64,000 bases of DNA from a virus (taxonomy: Duplodnaviria; Caudoviricetes): IMG/VR virus record IMGVR_UViG_3300021197_001789, positions 1,708 through 65,707 of that record. One strand, given 5' to 3'. The notes below the pieces were generated by a model, which worked only from the letters and a program-made list of their open reading frames with translations, did no database searches and was not told the origin of the DNA. Position numbers and translations under genes: made by a program. Shown in pieces: positions 8,226 through 17,889 of the stretch; the first letter of the stretch is position 1, and each line of letters begins with the position of its first letter.

Positions 8226-8247
8226 GAATTTATAAAAAACAAAAACA

Positions 8248-8964
8248 ATGCCAGCAAAAATAAGATATTCAGCTAACGATCCAGGTATAACAGCAGACTC
8301 AGCTATTTCATCGAAAGCTTCAAAAGGAACCGTAGGCAGTAGAACCTTCGATCAAAGCACTTCGGCTAAAAAACCTACACACAAGGATATGGGGTCTAAC
8401 GCTAAGCTTTTTGGAGGTATAACTACTACGTCTTTTGACGGGGGGGATTATTTAGACCTAAGTACAGCGGAAGAATTTGCCGTATCCGAGGCGTGGCTTT
8501 GGGTTTTTGCTTTTGTAGATCTAGATACCACCACGGATTGTATCCTAGCCTACTCGTCCGACAACGGAGGGTATATAGGTATAGAGGCAGGAGGGAACGG
8601 TATAGTGTGGAAAAACAACTCCTCACGAGCTAGCGAAACCACAATAGCTACCAACAATACAGACAACAGCTCTATATCGTATAGCTTTGGTACCGACGTA
8701 GAAGTTTTAATAGTAAGCACAGCCGCAGGAAATAACTTGATAAACTTTTACAATATAGACGGTGCTTTAATAGCTACCAATGGCTCCGCCTCTGGAGCTT
8801 GCACCACATGGAACCTAGATAGGATAGGGGCAAACTCTTCTACTTCAACGGAGTTTGTTGGGGAGTTAATAGACGTAAGATTATATAATGGTAGCGGGAT
8901 AGCATCACTTTCCGCTTCACAGTTTCAGGCTATAGGGAATAGGTACAAGCAATACAAAAATTAA
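8248..8964 (+). CDS. LamG/concanavalin-like beta-sandwich protein (putative receptor binding)
   Basis: SFDGGDYLDL, LDRIGA and FVGELIDVRLYN motifs. Confidence 0.6.
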   Translation: MPAKIRYSANDPGITADSAISSKASKGTVGSRTFDQSTSAKKPTHKDMGSNAKLFGGITTTSFDGGDYLDLSTAEEFAVSEAWLWVFAFVDLDTTTDCILAYSSDNGGYIGIEAGGNGIVWKNNSSRASETTIATNNTDNSSISYSFGTDVEVLIVSTAAGNNLINFYNIDGALIATNGSASGACTTWNLDRIGANSSTSTEFVGELIDVRLYNGSGIASLSASQFQAIGNRYKQYKN

Positions 8965-9383
8965 CTTTCTAATTCTCGGTAAACTCTTTGCACAAGAAGT
9001 CTTGCTTTCTGCGTTAAAGCGTATCTCACCCTATAGTTAAATTTAGTTTCGTCTCTAAAGAGATGATCTTCATATGTATTAGAGGGGGTTAGTTTATCAA
9101 AGTGTTTATATATATACCCTTTATTAGCTAAGGGATATATAAATCGGTTCTTGGTATTGTTCTTATTCATCTCCATATCGGTGGAGGCAAAATCTATGGT
9201 AAAGAACTGAAGGTCATATCCCCACAGCAAGAACTCTACCTCACTAAAGGATAGCTCAGTAGTTTTATTTATCCTCTTCTTAACTTGTTTTATCCGCTTA
9301 AGGTTATTTCTTAATATATATTTCTTATCTTGCAGTGCGAAGTCTCTGAAAAGACGCGTTTTTGGAACTCTACTTTTAGGCAT
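8961..9383 (-). CDS. winged-helix (MarR-like) DNA-binding protein
   Basis: LSFSEVEFLL...LANKGYI...YALTQKAR pattern; the only credible - strand gene in the late region; TATCTTTA promoter variant near 9402-9409. Confidence 0.55.
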   Translation of the reverse strand: MPKSRVPKTRLFRDFALQDKKYILRNNLKRIKQVKKRINKTTELSFSEVEFLLWGYDLQFFTIDFASTDMEMNKNNTKNRFIYPLANKGYIYKHFDKLTPSNTYEDHLFRDETKFNYRVRYALTQKARLLVQRVYRELES

Positions 9384-9387
9384 TGAA

Positions 9388-9711
9388 ATGAATTTATTAC
9401 GTAAAGATATGGAAGAACAGGCATTTTTCTTAGAGATTCAACGTTTATCTATGGAGATGGATGAAATTATATACAAGCACGGGATGCAGGATAGGGTAGT
9501 TTCGATAATGGTAACGGGGCTTACAGATGAGGATTTTATGGGGAACTCAAGGTTACAGGCTATATATAGCTACAGCTTAGATTCGAGAGAAGAATTAGAT
9601 AGTATATTAGACTTTATAAATAACACCTGGGATGATAGTGATACAAAAAGCAACACAGGATATGACGGTATAGACGACCTACTAGACGGAACAGGAATAG
9701 AATTAGAATAA
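9388..9711 (+). CDS. hypothetical acidic protein (start possibly 9409)
   Basis: 107-aa ORF divergent from the wHTH gene. Confidence 0.65.
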   Translation: MNLLRKDMEEQAFFLEIQRLSMEMDEIIYKHGMQDRVVSIMVTGLTDEDFMGNSRLQAIYSYSLDSREELDSILDFINNTWDDSDTKSNTGYDGIDDLLDGTGIELE

Positions 9712-9712
9712 A

Positions 9713-9952
9713 ATGGAAGGACTTATTAGAAAAATTGTGGTCGGAAGAGACCCTAAAGACGGTATGGCTTACTATATTGGGATGAGAGCAGGGGCAGGCA
9801 AGGTAAGCACAATAGTACAGGATGATCGACATCTGTCTAAATATGGGAAGAATAGATACCTTGTATATATGCAAGACGAAGAGGGTGCCCAGACTCTATG
9901 GAAAGCTATAGACGGGATGCCCTGTATGTTAGAATTTAATTGTAACTTTTAG
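9713..9952 (+). CDS. hypothetical protein (IRKIxxGxDxKxxMxY motif)
   Basis: 79 aa; motif recalled from flavobacterial phage proteins upstream of terminase. Confidence 0.7.
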   Translation: MEGLIRKIVVGRDPKDGMAYYIGMRAGAGKVSTIVQDDRHLSKYGKNRYLVYMQDEEGAQTLWKAIDGMPCMLEFNCNF

Positions 9953-9955
9953 ATT

Positions 9956-10132
9956 ATGAGCGAAAGCAAAGGACTAGGTGATTCCGTAGAGAAACTAACG
10001 CGGCGCCTAAAAATTAAACAACTACTTGATGCCCGTAAAAAAAGAACAGGGAAAGACTGCGGGTGTTCTAAGCGTAGAGATAAATTAAATAAAATGTTCC
10101 CATACAAAACATCTAAAAATGAAGACGTTTAA
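9956..10132 (+). CDS. small basic protein (KGLGDxVEK...DCGC), not in ORF track
   Basis: Manual translation MSESKGLGDSVEKLTRRLKIKQLLDARKKRTGKDCGCSKRRDKLNKMFPYKTSKNEDV. Confidence 0.7.
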   Translation: MSESKGLGDSVEKLTRRLKIKQLLDARKKRTGKDCGCSKRRDKLNKMFPYKTSKNEDV

Positions 10133-10715
10133 TCTATTCGTCGTTAAATTAGAAAACAGGCTTAAAGATACTATTACCTCAGAAAGTGGATTTGAGTTGT
10201 ACCTAGATGCTAAGTTTGACGACTTCAATAACAGAACGACAGAAGGACCCGTAGTATGTGTGCCGTTTAAATACGACACAGGTGTAGAGGTAGGAGATAC
10301 ATTATACTTCCATCATCTAGTAGTCCTGGGCGGGGATAATAACGGGCAGATATTTACCGAGGAAGACAACACGTATATAGTAAACTACGATCCTGACCAC
10401 GCAATTTCTAATCAGGCCATAGCATATAAGAGCCAGAAGGACGGGAAGATACGGTGCCTAACGGGATGGTGTTTATTGAAATCAGTGGAGCAGGAGGAAC
10501 TGACTCTTCAGTCCGACCTCATAGAGATAGTAGATCTAACAGAGAAACTCCCAACCAAAGCAGAGGTAGTATATACATGTAAAGAAGCCGATGAGATAGG
10601 TGTTCTACCTGGAGACGTAGTGGGGTTTAAACAAAATAGAGATTATCGTATAACTATAGACGGGGAGGAATACTACCGCACCCGTGCAGAAGATTTAATG
10701 TATGTCGAAATATAA
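10119..10715 (+). CDS. groES: GroES-like co-chaperonin, two tandem Cpn10-like domains
   Basis: SESGFELYL..GPVVCVP..VEVGDTLYF and KAEVVY..GVLPGDVVGF..ITIDGEEYY. Confidence 0.65.
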   Translation: MKTFNLFVVKLENRLKDTITSESGFELYLDAKFDDFNNRTTEGPVVCVPFKYDTGVEVGDTLYFHHLVVLGGDNNGQIFTEEDNTYIVNYDPDHAISNQAIAYKSQKDGKIRCLTGWCLLKSVEQEELTLQSDLIEIVDLTEKLPTKAEVVYTCKEADEIGVLPGDVVGFKQNRDYRITIDGEEYYRTRAEDLMYVEI

Positions 10716-10992
10716 ATTTACTACAATAAGCGCCTCCGAAAGACTTATGCAGAGTATGGAGGTAGCTATAGATAATATGATTGAAGAGATTAAAAAACCT
10801 GTAGACCCTGAGATAAATGGGAGTGCACGTAAAGCAGAGCTTCAGTCTATAAAGCAAACCGCTACGGATTGTAAAGAACTAATTGTTGAGAGACAAAGGT
10901 TATCTCAGATGGTTAAAGATTTAAAAGACAGTGGGGAGATAAGCGGTGCACGGGATTATTCTGGCGGGTTTGCTGAAAGATTCTCAAAATGA
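10702..10992 (+). CDS. helical protein, candidate terminase small subunit
   Basis: 96 aa, coiled-coil-like, upstream of TerL; positional inference. Confidence 0.4.
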   Translation: MSKYKFTTISASERLMQSMEVAIDNMIEEIKKPVDPEINGSARKAELQSIKQTATDCKELIVERQRLSQMVKDLKDSGEISGARDYSGGFAERFSK

Positions 10993-11450
10993 AAAGGTGC
11001 TGCAACTGTAAGAAACTAAAAGAGGAGGATGAGTTTTATCTTCATGGCTGCGGGGTAAAAAGATGGAACGATTGTAGGGAGTGTGTGTCTACAAAGACTG
11101 CCGTAAGGAAAAAGAAGATATATGCTTGGGTAGATAACTATAAATCTGCTATGGGGTGTGAAGTATGTGGCGAAACGGATAAGAGGTGTCTACAACTCCA
11201 CCATCGAAAGTCTTCTAACAAAAAGAAAAGCGTAGCCACCCTTATAGGTAAAGGGTACATATTTAAAACGGTTAAGGCTGAAGTAGGGAAATGTGAGGTG
11301 CTGTGTGCTAATTGCCATTCTATACACCATTATGATGATCGTAGGTCTGGTAGCTGGGGTGCGGGGCAGTATGACTATGAAGCTCCAGAGCAAGAGAGCG
11401 CACCTATGGCTGAACAACTAAAACTTTTCCTTAACTTTGTGGAGGAATGA
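10989..11450 (+). CDS. HNH endonuclease with zinc fingers
   Basis: CxxC pairs, LQLHH and CEVLCANCHSIHH. Confidence 0.8.
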   Translation: MKRCCNCKKLKEEDEFYLHGCGVKRWNDCRECVSTKTAVRKKKIYAWVDNYKSAMGCEVCGETDKRCLQLHHRKSSNKKKSVATLIGKGYIFKTVKAEVGKCEVLCANCHSIHHYDDRRSGSWGAGQYDYEAPEQESAPMAEQLKLFLNFVEE

Positions 11451-11695
11451 AATTAGCAAAAAGAAATTATAAAAAAGAGTATAGCAAGTTTCAGTCTTCA
11501 CGCGCACAGAAAAAAAACCGCGCACTCAGAAACAGGAACAGAAGAAGGCTCACAAGAAAAGGGCTAGTAAGGAAAGGGGATGGGATGGATATACACCATA
11601 AAGGAAATAGGGTGAAAGTTATGAAAGCCTCTAAGAATAGAGGCATAGCAGAGAAATCAAGATTGCGCGGCTCAAAGCGTAAAAAAATTAAATAA
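11447..11695 (+). CDS. small basic HNH-like protein
   Basis: RNYKKEY...KGDGMDIHH...SKNRG; TAACTTTG at 11432-11439 upstream. Confidence 0.6.
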   Translation: MKLAKRNYKKEYSKFQSSRAQKKNRALRNRNRRRLTRKGLVRKGDGMDIHHKGNRVKVMKASKNRGIAEKSRLRGSKRKKIK

Positions 11696-11696
11696 A

Positions 11697-11882
11697 ATGT
11701 CAAAGTATATATGCAACTGCTTAGATCACGAAGAAGAGATCAGCAAGGTAACTATGTCAGTAAAAGATGGTAAAGTGGTAAGCTCCGCTCAATGTCCGTG
11801 TGGTCAACCTATGGATCCCGCCACGCCTAAAACTGGATTTCCCTCCTTGGGGAGAATGAATAGCAATGGTAGTAGCTACTAA
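11697..11882 (+). CDS. small zinc-ribbon protein
   Basis: YxCxC and CPCG motifs. Confidence 0.6.
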   Translation: MSKYICNCLDHEEEISKVTMSVKDGKVVSSAQCPCGQPMDPATPKTGFPSLGRMNSNGSSY

Positions 11883-13996
11883 TGTCCGTACTATTAGACG
11901 TTAAGGAATATGATACTCCCGCGATTAAAATTTGCCCCAATGGTACGGAAGGTGAAATTATTGAACTCGGTAGTCTACTCATTTGTCTTCCAAAAAGGCC
12001 GCCTAAGAAAGAAATTTTCGGATATAAAAAATCAAACGCTCTGCAAGTGTGGGAGAGGATACCTCTGCCGAAGGAACTGTCTCGTATTAGTTCTATGGAT
12101 GAGTGGGAAGAAATGCCGAGAGAGTTCCGAGCGAGGTTTCGTCCGTATATCGAAGAAGAGTTTAGGCGTAGGCGTGAGGGTTTTTGGTTTTATAACGACG
12201 GTGAACCTATATATATTACGGGGCGGCATTACATGATGCTCCAATGGACGAAGCTAGATATTGGGCACCCTTACTTTTTAAACTTTCAACGTGAGATATT
12301 TTTACATATGGTTGCTTGCGAGACTGATCCTCGTTGTATTGGTCAGCTTTATACTAAGTGCCGTCGTTCTGGTTACACCAATATATGCTCTGCTGTACTT
12401 GTGGATGAAGCTACGCAAGTTAAAGATAAACTTATGGGGATACAGTCGAAGACGGGAAAGGACGCGCAGGAAAACATATTTATGAAGAAGGTGGTTTATA
12501 TGTTTAGAAACTACCCTTTCTTCTTTAAACCCATACAGGACGGTACCACCAACCCACGTATGGAGCTGGCTTTTAGAGAGCCATCAAAAAGAATAACCAA
12601 AAAAAATAAAACCTCCCAGACTGGAGAGGCTCTGAACACGGTTATAAATTGGAAAAATACAACTAACAACGCATATGACGGGGAGAAGTTACACCTGTTG
12701 TATCTAGACGAAGCAGGAAAATGGGAAAGACCTACAGATATAAAGGACGCATGGAGGATTCAGAGGACGTGTTTGATCGTCGGAAGAAAAATCGTGGGGA
12801 AGGCTCTGGTCGGAAGCACGGTAAATCCAATGGACAAAGGTGGGAGGCAGTACAAGGATCTATGGAAGGACTCAAACCCTTTAGAAAGAAACGCAAACGG
12901 TAGAACGGTAAGCGGATTGTATAGGTTGTTTATACCAGCCCAGGACTCCCTAGAGGGTTTTTTTGATATATATGGTAAACCTATTACAAGTGATCCAGAG
13001 AATGTGGTTGAAGGAATAGACGGGGAGAGTATATCTATTGGGTCTAAGACTTATCTAAAGAATGAAAGAGCATCCCTAAAGCACGACCCTTCGGAGCTGA
13101 ACGAGGTTACGAGGCAGTTCCCTTTTACGGAGGACGAAGCTTTTAGAGATAGTATAGAGGGTAGCTTGTTTAACATAGGTAAGATATATCAACAGATAGA
13201 ATATAACGATGAGCTTTTCCCAAACCCCGTAGTTAGAGGTAACTTTATATGGAAAGAGAAAGATAAAGAGGCTGTTTTTAGCGCCGATGTAAACGGGAGG
13301 TTTAGGGTTAGCTGGTTACCACCAAACGAACAGCGCAACGTAATAAAAACCGATAGAGGTAAAAAGGTTGCACCGTTTGCAGACAGAGGATGTGGGGGAG
13401 TTGACTCGTATGACCTAGACGCTACACTAGATGGAAGAGGGTCTAAAGGGGCTCTTCACCTGTATAACAAATTTCATATAGATAACCCTTCAAATATGTT
13501 TGTTGTGGAGTATGCTTCGCGCCCAGATCTGGCTAAGATATTTTACGAAGATGTCTTGATGGCATCCTTTTTTTATGGGTACCCACTCTTAGTGGAGAAC
13601 AATAAGTATGGTATAGTAAGATACTTTGAATCAAGGGGTTATGACGGTTACTTAATGGACCGACCAGAACACCTTAAGGGGGCCTCTTCTACCGCAAACG
13701 TAAAGACCAAAGGTATACCTTCAAACTCTCAGGATGTGATACAAGCGCATGCGCACGCCATAGAAGCTTACGTGCATGACCATGTAGGGATTAACTACGA
13801 TTCTGGAGAGATGGGGAAGATGTATCTTAATGATACAATGGAGGATTGGATAGGATTTAAAATAGATAAAAGAACAAAATTTGACTTAACGATTAGCTCA
13901 GGGTTAGCCCTTTTAGCAGCACAAAAAGCTAAACCTAAACCTAGAACAGACTTCACTGAACAGAAGTTCTTTAGGAGATATGATGTAATCGGATGA
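11882..13996 (+). CDS. terL: terminase large subunit
   Basis: Walker A-like KCRRSGYT, Walker B LLYLDEAGK, coupling motif GST, nuclease motifs GGVDSYD and LVENN. Confidence 0.9.
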   Translation: MSVLLDVKEYDTPAIKICPNGTEGEIIELGSLLICLPKRPPKKEIFGYKKSNALQVWERIPLPKELSRISSMDEWEEMPREFRARFRPYIEEEFRRRREGFWFYNDGEPIYITGRHYMMLQWTKLDIGHPYFLNFQREIFLHMVACETDPRCIGQLYTKCRRSGYTNICSAVLVDEATQVKDKLMGIQSKTGKDAQENIFMKKVVYMFRNYPFFFKPIQDGTTNPRMELAFREPSKRITKKNKTSQTGEALNTVINWKNTTNNAYDGEKLHLLYLDEAGKWERPTDIKDAWRIQRTCLIVGRKIVGKALVGSTVNPMDKGGRQYKDLWKDSNPLERNANGRTVSGLYRLFIPAQDSLEGFFDIYGKPITSDPENVVEGIDGESISIGSKTYLKNERASLKHDPSELNEVTRQFPFTEDEAFRDSIEGSLFNIGKIYQQIEYNDELFPNPVVRGNFIWKEKDKEAVFSADVNGRFRVSWLPPNEQRNVIKTDRGKKVAPFADRGCGGVDSYDLDATLDGRGSKGALHLYNKFHIDNPSNMFVVEYASRPDLAKIFYEDVLMASFFYGYPLLVENNKYGIVRYFESRGYDGYLMDRPEHLKGASSTANVKTKGIPSNSQDVIQAHAHAIEAYVHDHVGINYDSGEMGKMYLNDTMEDWIGFKIDKRTKFDLTISSGLALLAAQKAKPKPRTDFTEQKFFRRYDVIG

Positions 13997-14001
13997 TTCA
14001 C

Positions 14002-14009
14002 TATATTTG
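14002..14009 (+). promoter_or_regulatory. TAnnTTTG -7 promoter (TATATTTG)
   Basis: Consensus match 6 nt before ATG 14016, which argues against the TTG start at 14007. Confidence 0.6.
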
Positions 14010-14015
14010 CATAAT

Positions 14016-16424
14016 ATGTATGGACACGACGACGTAAATAAAAAAAATGGATTCCCCGATCCATTAGCAGATCAACAAACAAAAGAGTCCACTTCATATG
14101 GACTTCAATACGCTAAAGCTATTCATTCCCAGTGGGGGAAGATGAATGAGCCTTCATCGTTGTTTGGTAAAAGGAACAAGATATTTGAGAGAAATAGGGA
14201 TTATGCCAACGGCACCCAAGACACAAGTATATATAAGCAGCTGCTTAATTCCCTCTCCCCAAACAAAGGGGACGGTAGTCTTCTAAACCTAGACTACACA
14301 CCTGTACCTATCCTACCTAAGTTTGTTAAGGTGGTGGTAAATAAGATACTTTCCAGAGACCCATACCCAAATTTAGAATCTGTAGATCCTTTGTCTTCTT
14401 CTGAAAAAAACAAGAAAAAGGAGAAGATTAAAATGCAAGTAGAGGCCAGGGAACTGCTTCAGTCTTTAAAGGAAAAAACTGGGGTTGTTTTAGATATGGA
14501 CCCTGAGGAGATACCCTCTACGTTAGAGGAGGCCGAGATTTTTATGGATACAAACATAAAAACTGATGCAGAGATAGCTGCGCAGATAGGTACAAACATG
14601 ACCTTAGCCTGGAGCAATTTCTCCGACACAACATATAGAAGGGCTGTTAACGACTTAGTGGCTTTAGGTATGTCCGTGGTAAAGAGGAAGAACGACCCAA
14701 ATAAAGGTATTAAGCTTGAGTACGTAGACCCTATATCTTTCGTACATAGCCATACGGAGGATCCAAATTTTCAGGATATAGTATATGCGGGGGACGTTAA
14801 GAGAATGCCTATACATGAATTAAAAAGATTAGCGGGGGATGAATTTACCGAAGAGGAGTTTAAGAAGATTGCCGAAAAGGTTAAGAATAAGCAAGGTAAC
14901 GATACAGGGAAGCTAAGTCAAAGTCATTATGACGAAAGGTTGCAGCGTACGCAATACGGGTATGATGAATACATGGTGGATGTTTTAGACTTTCAGTTTG
15001 TGTCTGTAGATTCTATGTATTTTGAGGAGAAAGAGAGTAGACACGGAAATAGCGGTTTCTACTACAAAGGATTTGAATATAAAGAGAAATCAGGTAGCGT
15101 ATACGAGCGCACCCCACATAAGATGGAAATGGCTATCGTTTATGGGGGTAGCTATGTGTTAGGTACGGACCATGTGTTTGGTTATGGGCGTCAAAAAAAT
15201 GTACCTAAAAACGTACACGATATATCTGAGGCTAAACTTTCTTACTCTGTGTCGGCAACGAACATGAGGCGCATGATGCCTAAATCTATGGTTGAGAGCT
15301 GCACAGGATTTGCCGATATGCTCCAGCTAACCCACTTAAAGATTCAGCAGTCGATAGCTAAAGCTAAACCAGACGGGTTGATTATAGATATAGAAGGGTT
15401 AGAAAATGTACAACTAGGAAAGGGTGGGGAGCTACAACCTCTGGAGTTACACGATATATACGAGCAAACGGGTGTATTCTACTACAGAAGCAAGAACCCA
15501 GAAGGCGGTTTCCAAAATCCACCAGTACGTGAGATAGGTAATACCATAAGGAATATAAACGAGCTTGTTGGTTTGTACAACCATTATATGCAGCTTATTA
15601 GAGATACTACGGGGATAAACGAAGCTATGGATGCTTCGTCACCTAAAGGTGATGCACTTGTAGGGGTTCAGCAGCAAGCTATTGCCGCAGGAAATAACGC
15701 TATATATGATATAACCAACGCATCTATGATGCTCTTTAAACGTGTATGTCAGGATGTAGTTAAGTGTTTGCAGATAATCCCTATCGAGTCGGTGCTATAT
15801 AAGGTGTACACCAATGCTATTGGGGAAGAGAATATGAACGTTCTTTCTTCCTTCAAGGACCTTTCCATGTATAACTTTGGGGTTCAGGTAGTTAAGGAGA
15901 TGGAGGATGAGGATAGACAATTCCTAGAGCAGAATATACAGATGGCTCTGCAGCAACAGCAGATAGATCTAGAGGACGCTATGTCCGTTAGGGCATTAAA
16001 GGACGTTAACCAGGCCGAGAGACTTCTTATTATACGTAGGAAGAAAAGGATGACCGAGCAACAGCAGATAGCACAGCAAAATTCTGAACAGCAAGCTCAA
16101 CAGGCAGCCCAGGCTACCCAGCAAGCTTCTGAATCTAGGATGCAGGAGCTTCAGGTTCAGGCTCAAATAGACACACAGGAAATACAGCTTAAAGCTCAGC
16201 TAGAGATGCAGTTAACTCAGATGAAACATGAGTTTAACAAAGAGATAGAAACTATACGTGCTCAGGCCACTTTAGGATTTAAAGAAGACGATCAGGAGTT
16301 CAAAGAGAAGCTAGATGTACTTAAAGAAGACAGAAAAGATGAGCGTCAGGTAGCTCAAGGAGATCAACAGATGGCTATGAAACAAATGGACCAACAACCT
16401 GAGGGTCAACAACAAATGATTTGA
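14016..16424 (+). CDS. portal protein (crAss-like)
   Basis: About 800 aa directly after TerL; VPILPKFV and IRDTTGINE motifs; Gln-rich coiled-coil C-terminal barrel. Confidence 0.85.
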   Translation: MYGHDDVNKKNGFPDPLADQQTKESTSYGLQYAKAIHSQWGKMNEPSSLFGKRNKIFERNRDYANGTQDTSIYKQLLNSLSPNKGDGSLLNLDYTPVPILPKFVKVVVNKILSRDPYPNLESVDPLSSSEKNKKKEKIKMQVEARELLQSLKEKTGVVLDMDPEEIPSTLEEAEIFMDTNIKTDAEIAAQIGTNMTLAWSNFSDTTYRRAVNDLVALGMSVVKRKNDPNKGIKLEYVDPISFVHSHTEDPNFQDIVYAGDVKRMPIHELKRLAGDEFTEEEFKKIAEKVKNKQGNDTGKLSQSHYDERLQRTQYGYDEYMVDVLDFQFVSVDSMYFEEKESRHGNSGFYYKGFEYKEKSGSVYERTPHKMEMAIVYGGSYVLGTDHVFGYGRQKNVPKNVHDISEAKLSYSVSATNMRRMMPKSMVESCTGFADMLQLTHLKIQQSIAKAKPDGLIIDIEGLENVQLGKGGELQPLELHDIYEQTGVFYYRSKNPEGGFQNPPVREIGNTIRNINELVGLYNHYMQLIRDTTGINEAMDASSPKGDALVGVQQQAIAAGNNAIYDITNASMMLFKRVCQDVVKCLQIIPIESVLYKVYTNAIGEENMNVLSSFKDLSMYNFGVQVVKEMEDEDRQFLEQNIQMALQQQQIDLEDAMSVRALKDVNQAERLLIIRRKKRMTEQQQIAQQNSEQQAQQAAQATQQASESRMQELQVQAQIDTQEIQLKAQLEMQLTQMKHEFNKEIETIRAQATLGFKEDDQEFKEKLDVLKEDRKDERQVAQGDQQMAMKQMDQQPEGQQQMI

Positions 16425-16425
16425 T

Positions 16426-16872
16426 ATGGCAACAAAAAAAGTAAACTTAGATGAATCTCAAAGGTTAGATATTACTGTCCGTAGAGGAGATTCGTTTTCT
16501 CTTGTAATCACTTTTAAAAACTCTGCAGGTACAGCTCTCGCTTTAACAACTTTAGGTTACGAGTGGCAAATGGAGGTTCGTACCCCTCAAAACAATCAGC
16601 TTTTATCTAGCATGGTTCTAGCAAGCTCTAATACGTTAGGTACTACGCAGATGACTTCAGCAGGAAACGTTGCTTTGCTAGAAGATTTTGTTACAGATGA
16701 TGATGGAAAATTAACAATATCTGCTGGCTATCTCGCTATGAAAGAAGTTCCTCAGGGAGTGTATGTTTATGATCTTCAGTATAAAGACCAAAGCACTTCC
16801 CCAAATACAGTTAAAACGGTACTAAGAGGTAATTTTATTGTTAACCCAGATGTAACAACCTCTCACTCGTAA
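16426..16872 (+). CDS. BppU-N-like Ig-fold structural protein
   Basis: LDITVRRGDSF...YVYDLQ...LRGNFIVNPDVT. Confidence 0.6.
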   Translation: MATKKVNLDESQRLDITVRRGDSFSLVITFKNSAGTALALTTLGYEWQMEVRTPQNNQLLSSMVLASSNTLGTTQMTSAGNVALLEDFVTDDDGKLTISAGYLAMKEVPQGVYVYDLQYKDQSTSPNTVKTVLRGNFIVNPDVTTSHS

Positions 16873-17084
16873 TGAGTTTAGCTGTATATAACATAACACC
16901 AGCCAGCGTATCGGTAACGAAAGCAAAAAATTTGCAATTAACGGCAACAATAGGTTCTTCTACGGCTTCTTTAACATTAAGATCTCACTCCGCTGTTTTT
17001 ACCCAAGAGGGGAGAGCTTCTATAGCTCCATCTAGGATGATTTTTACTTTTGAGGATCAAAAAAGCTTAATCTTTACATTATGA
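16872..17084 (+). CDS. small hypothetical protein
   Basis: 70-aa ORF translationally coupled on both sides. Confidence 0.55.
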   Translation: MSLAVYNITPASVSVTKAKNLQLTATIGSSTASLTLRSHSAVFTQEGRASIAPSRMIFTFEDQKSLIFTL

Positions 17085-17269
17085 ATACGCTAAAGAAAAA
17101 CAAAGGGGGGAAGCTTACGATCTCCGATAATAAGGTAGAAGTAGCCCCTCCCAAGGGCTACCACTGGATGGAGGATCGTGGTAGGTATTTTCTTATGAAA
17201 GGAGATTATGCACCGCATCCAGGCGCAGTAGAAAAAGCAAAGTTTAAAACAGCAAACCATGGCAAGTAA
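17081..17269 (+). CDS. small protein with KNKGG motif
   Basis: APPKGYHWM...YFLMKG.Y.PH.GA. Confidence 0.65.
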   Translation: MNTLKKNKGGKLTISDNKVEVAPPKGYHWMEDRGRYFLMKGDYAPHPGAVEKAKFKTANHGK

Positions 17270-17435
17270 AAAAAGAAAAGGCTTATGGGCGAATATAATG
17301 GAAAAGAGAAAAAGAGGGGAGTCACCAGCTAAACCAGGTGAAAAAGGCTACCCTTCAAAAAAATCGTGGAAGAAGGTTACGTCTCTTGGTTACGGGGGTA
17401 AGGTCAAGGTCGTTAAAAAAAAGAAACGTAAATAA
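17259..17435 (+). CDS. small very basic protein (GLWANI...LGYGG), not in ORF track
   Basis: Manual translation MASKKRKGLWANIMEKRKRGESPAKPGEKGYPSKKSWKKVTSLGYGGKVKVVKKKKRK. Confidence 0.7.
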   Translation: MASKKRKGLWANIMEKRKRGESPAKPGEKGYPSKKSWKKVTSLGYGGKVKVVKKKKRK

Positions 17436-17439
17436 TAAC

Positions 17440-17447
17440 TATATTTG
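17440..17447 (+). promoter_or_regulatory. TAnnTTTG -7 promoter (TATATTTG)
   Basis: Consensus match upstream of the structural cluster starting at 17467. Confidence 0.6.
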
Positions 17448-17466
17448 CATATAAACAAAATTAAAA

Positions 17467-17880
17467 ATGGCAACGACAGCATCAATATCACTAAGTAGCG
17501 ACATAACTGGCGATGCGCTTAGCATAAGCGAAACAGCAACTTTAACAAAGTCTGGATCTAATGTTACTAATCTTGATCAGTTTACTGGGGTTAATACAGT
17601 GTACTACGCTGCTGCACAGACTGAGACTAACATAATAGCAGCTGCTGACTACCCTGATACCACTGTAGCTCATAAGGTATACATAAGAAACGCAAATACC
17701 AGCACAACTTGCACCGTTGAGGTAGATATTGATTCAACAGCAAATGAGCCTTTAGGTAAATTATACTACAACGATTGGTGCTTTTTCCCATGGATGGGTA
17801 CAAAAGACATAGACATCTCAACCAATGAAGTTGGTGTAACTGTAGAGTTTGCTGTTATATCTCAATCGGTAGCATCATAA
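17467..17880 (+). CDS. virion structural protein, MAT-family paralog 1
   Basis: Shared LDQFTG, HKVYIRN and EPLGKLY..DW.FFPW motifs. Confidence 0.7.
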   Translation: MATTASISLSSDITGDALSISETATLTKSGSNVTNLDQFTGVNTVYYAAAQTETNIIAAADYPDTTVAHKVYIRNANTSTTCTVEVDIDSTANEPLGKLYYNDWCFFPWMGTKDIDISTNEVGVTVEFAVISQSVAS

Positions 17881-17889
17881 TATAAGACA

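Noticed and set aside
11882-13996. Intron or intein in terminase, RNR or helicase
   Set aside because: Lengths are ordinary, motifs are collinear and no intein terminal motifs were seen; the HNH genes are free-standing.
14007-14015. TTG start of the portal (also TTG 24004 and the RNR start at 54538)
   Set aside because: The TTGs are part of TATATTTG promoter elements. Downstream ATGs (14016, 24025, 54463) have better context and avoid overlaps.
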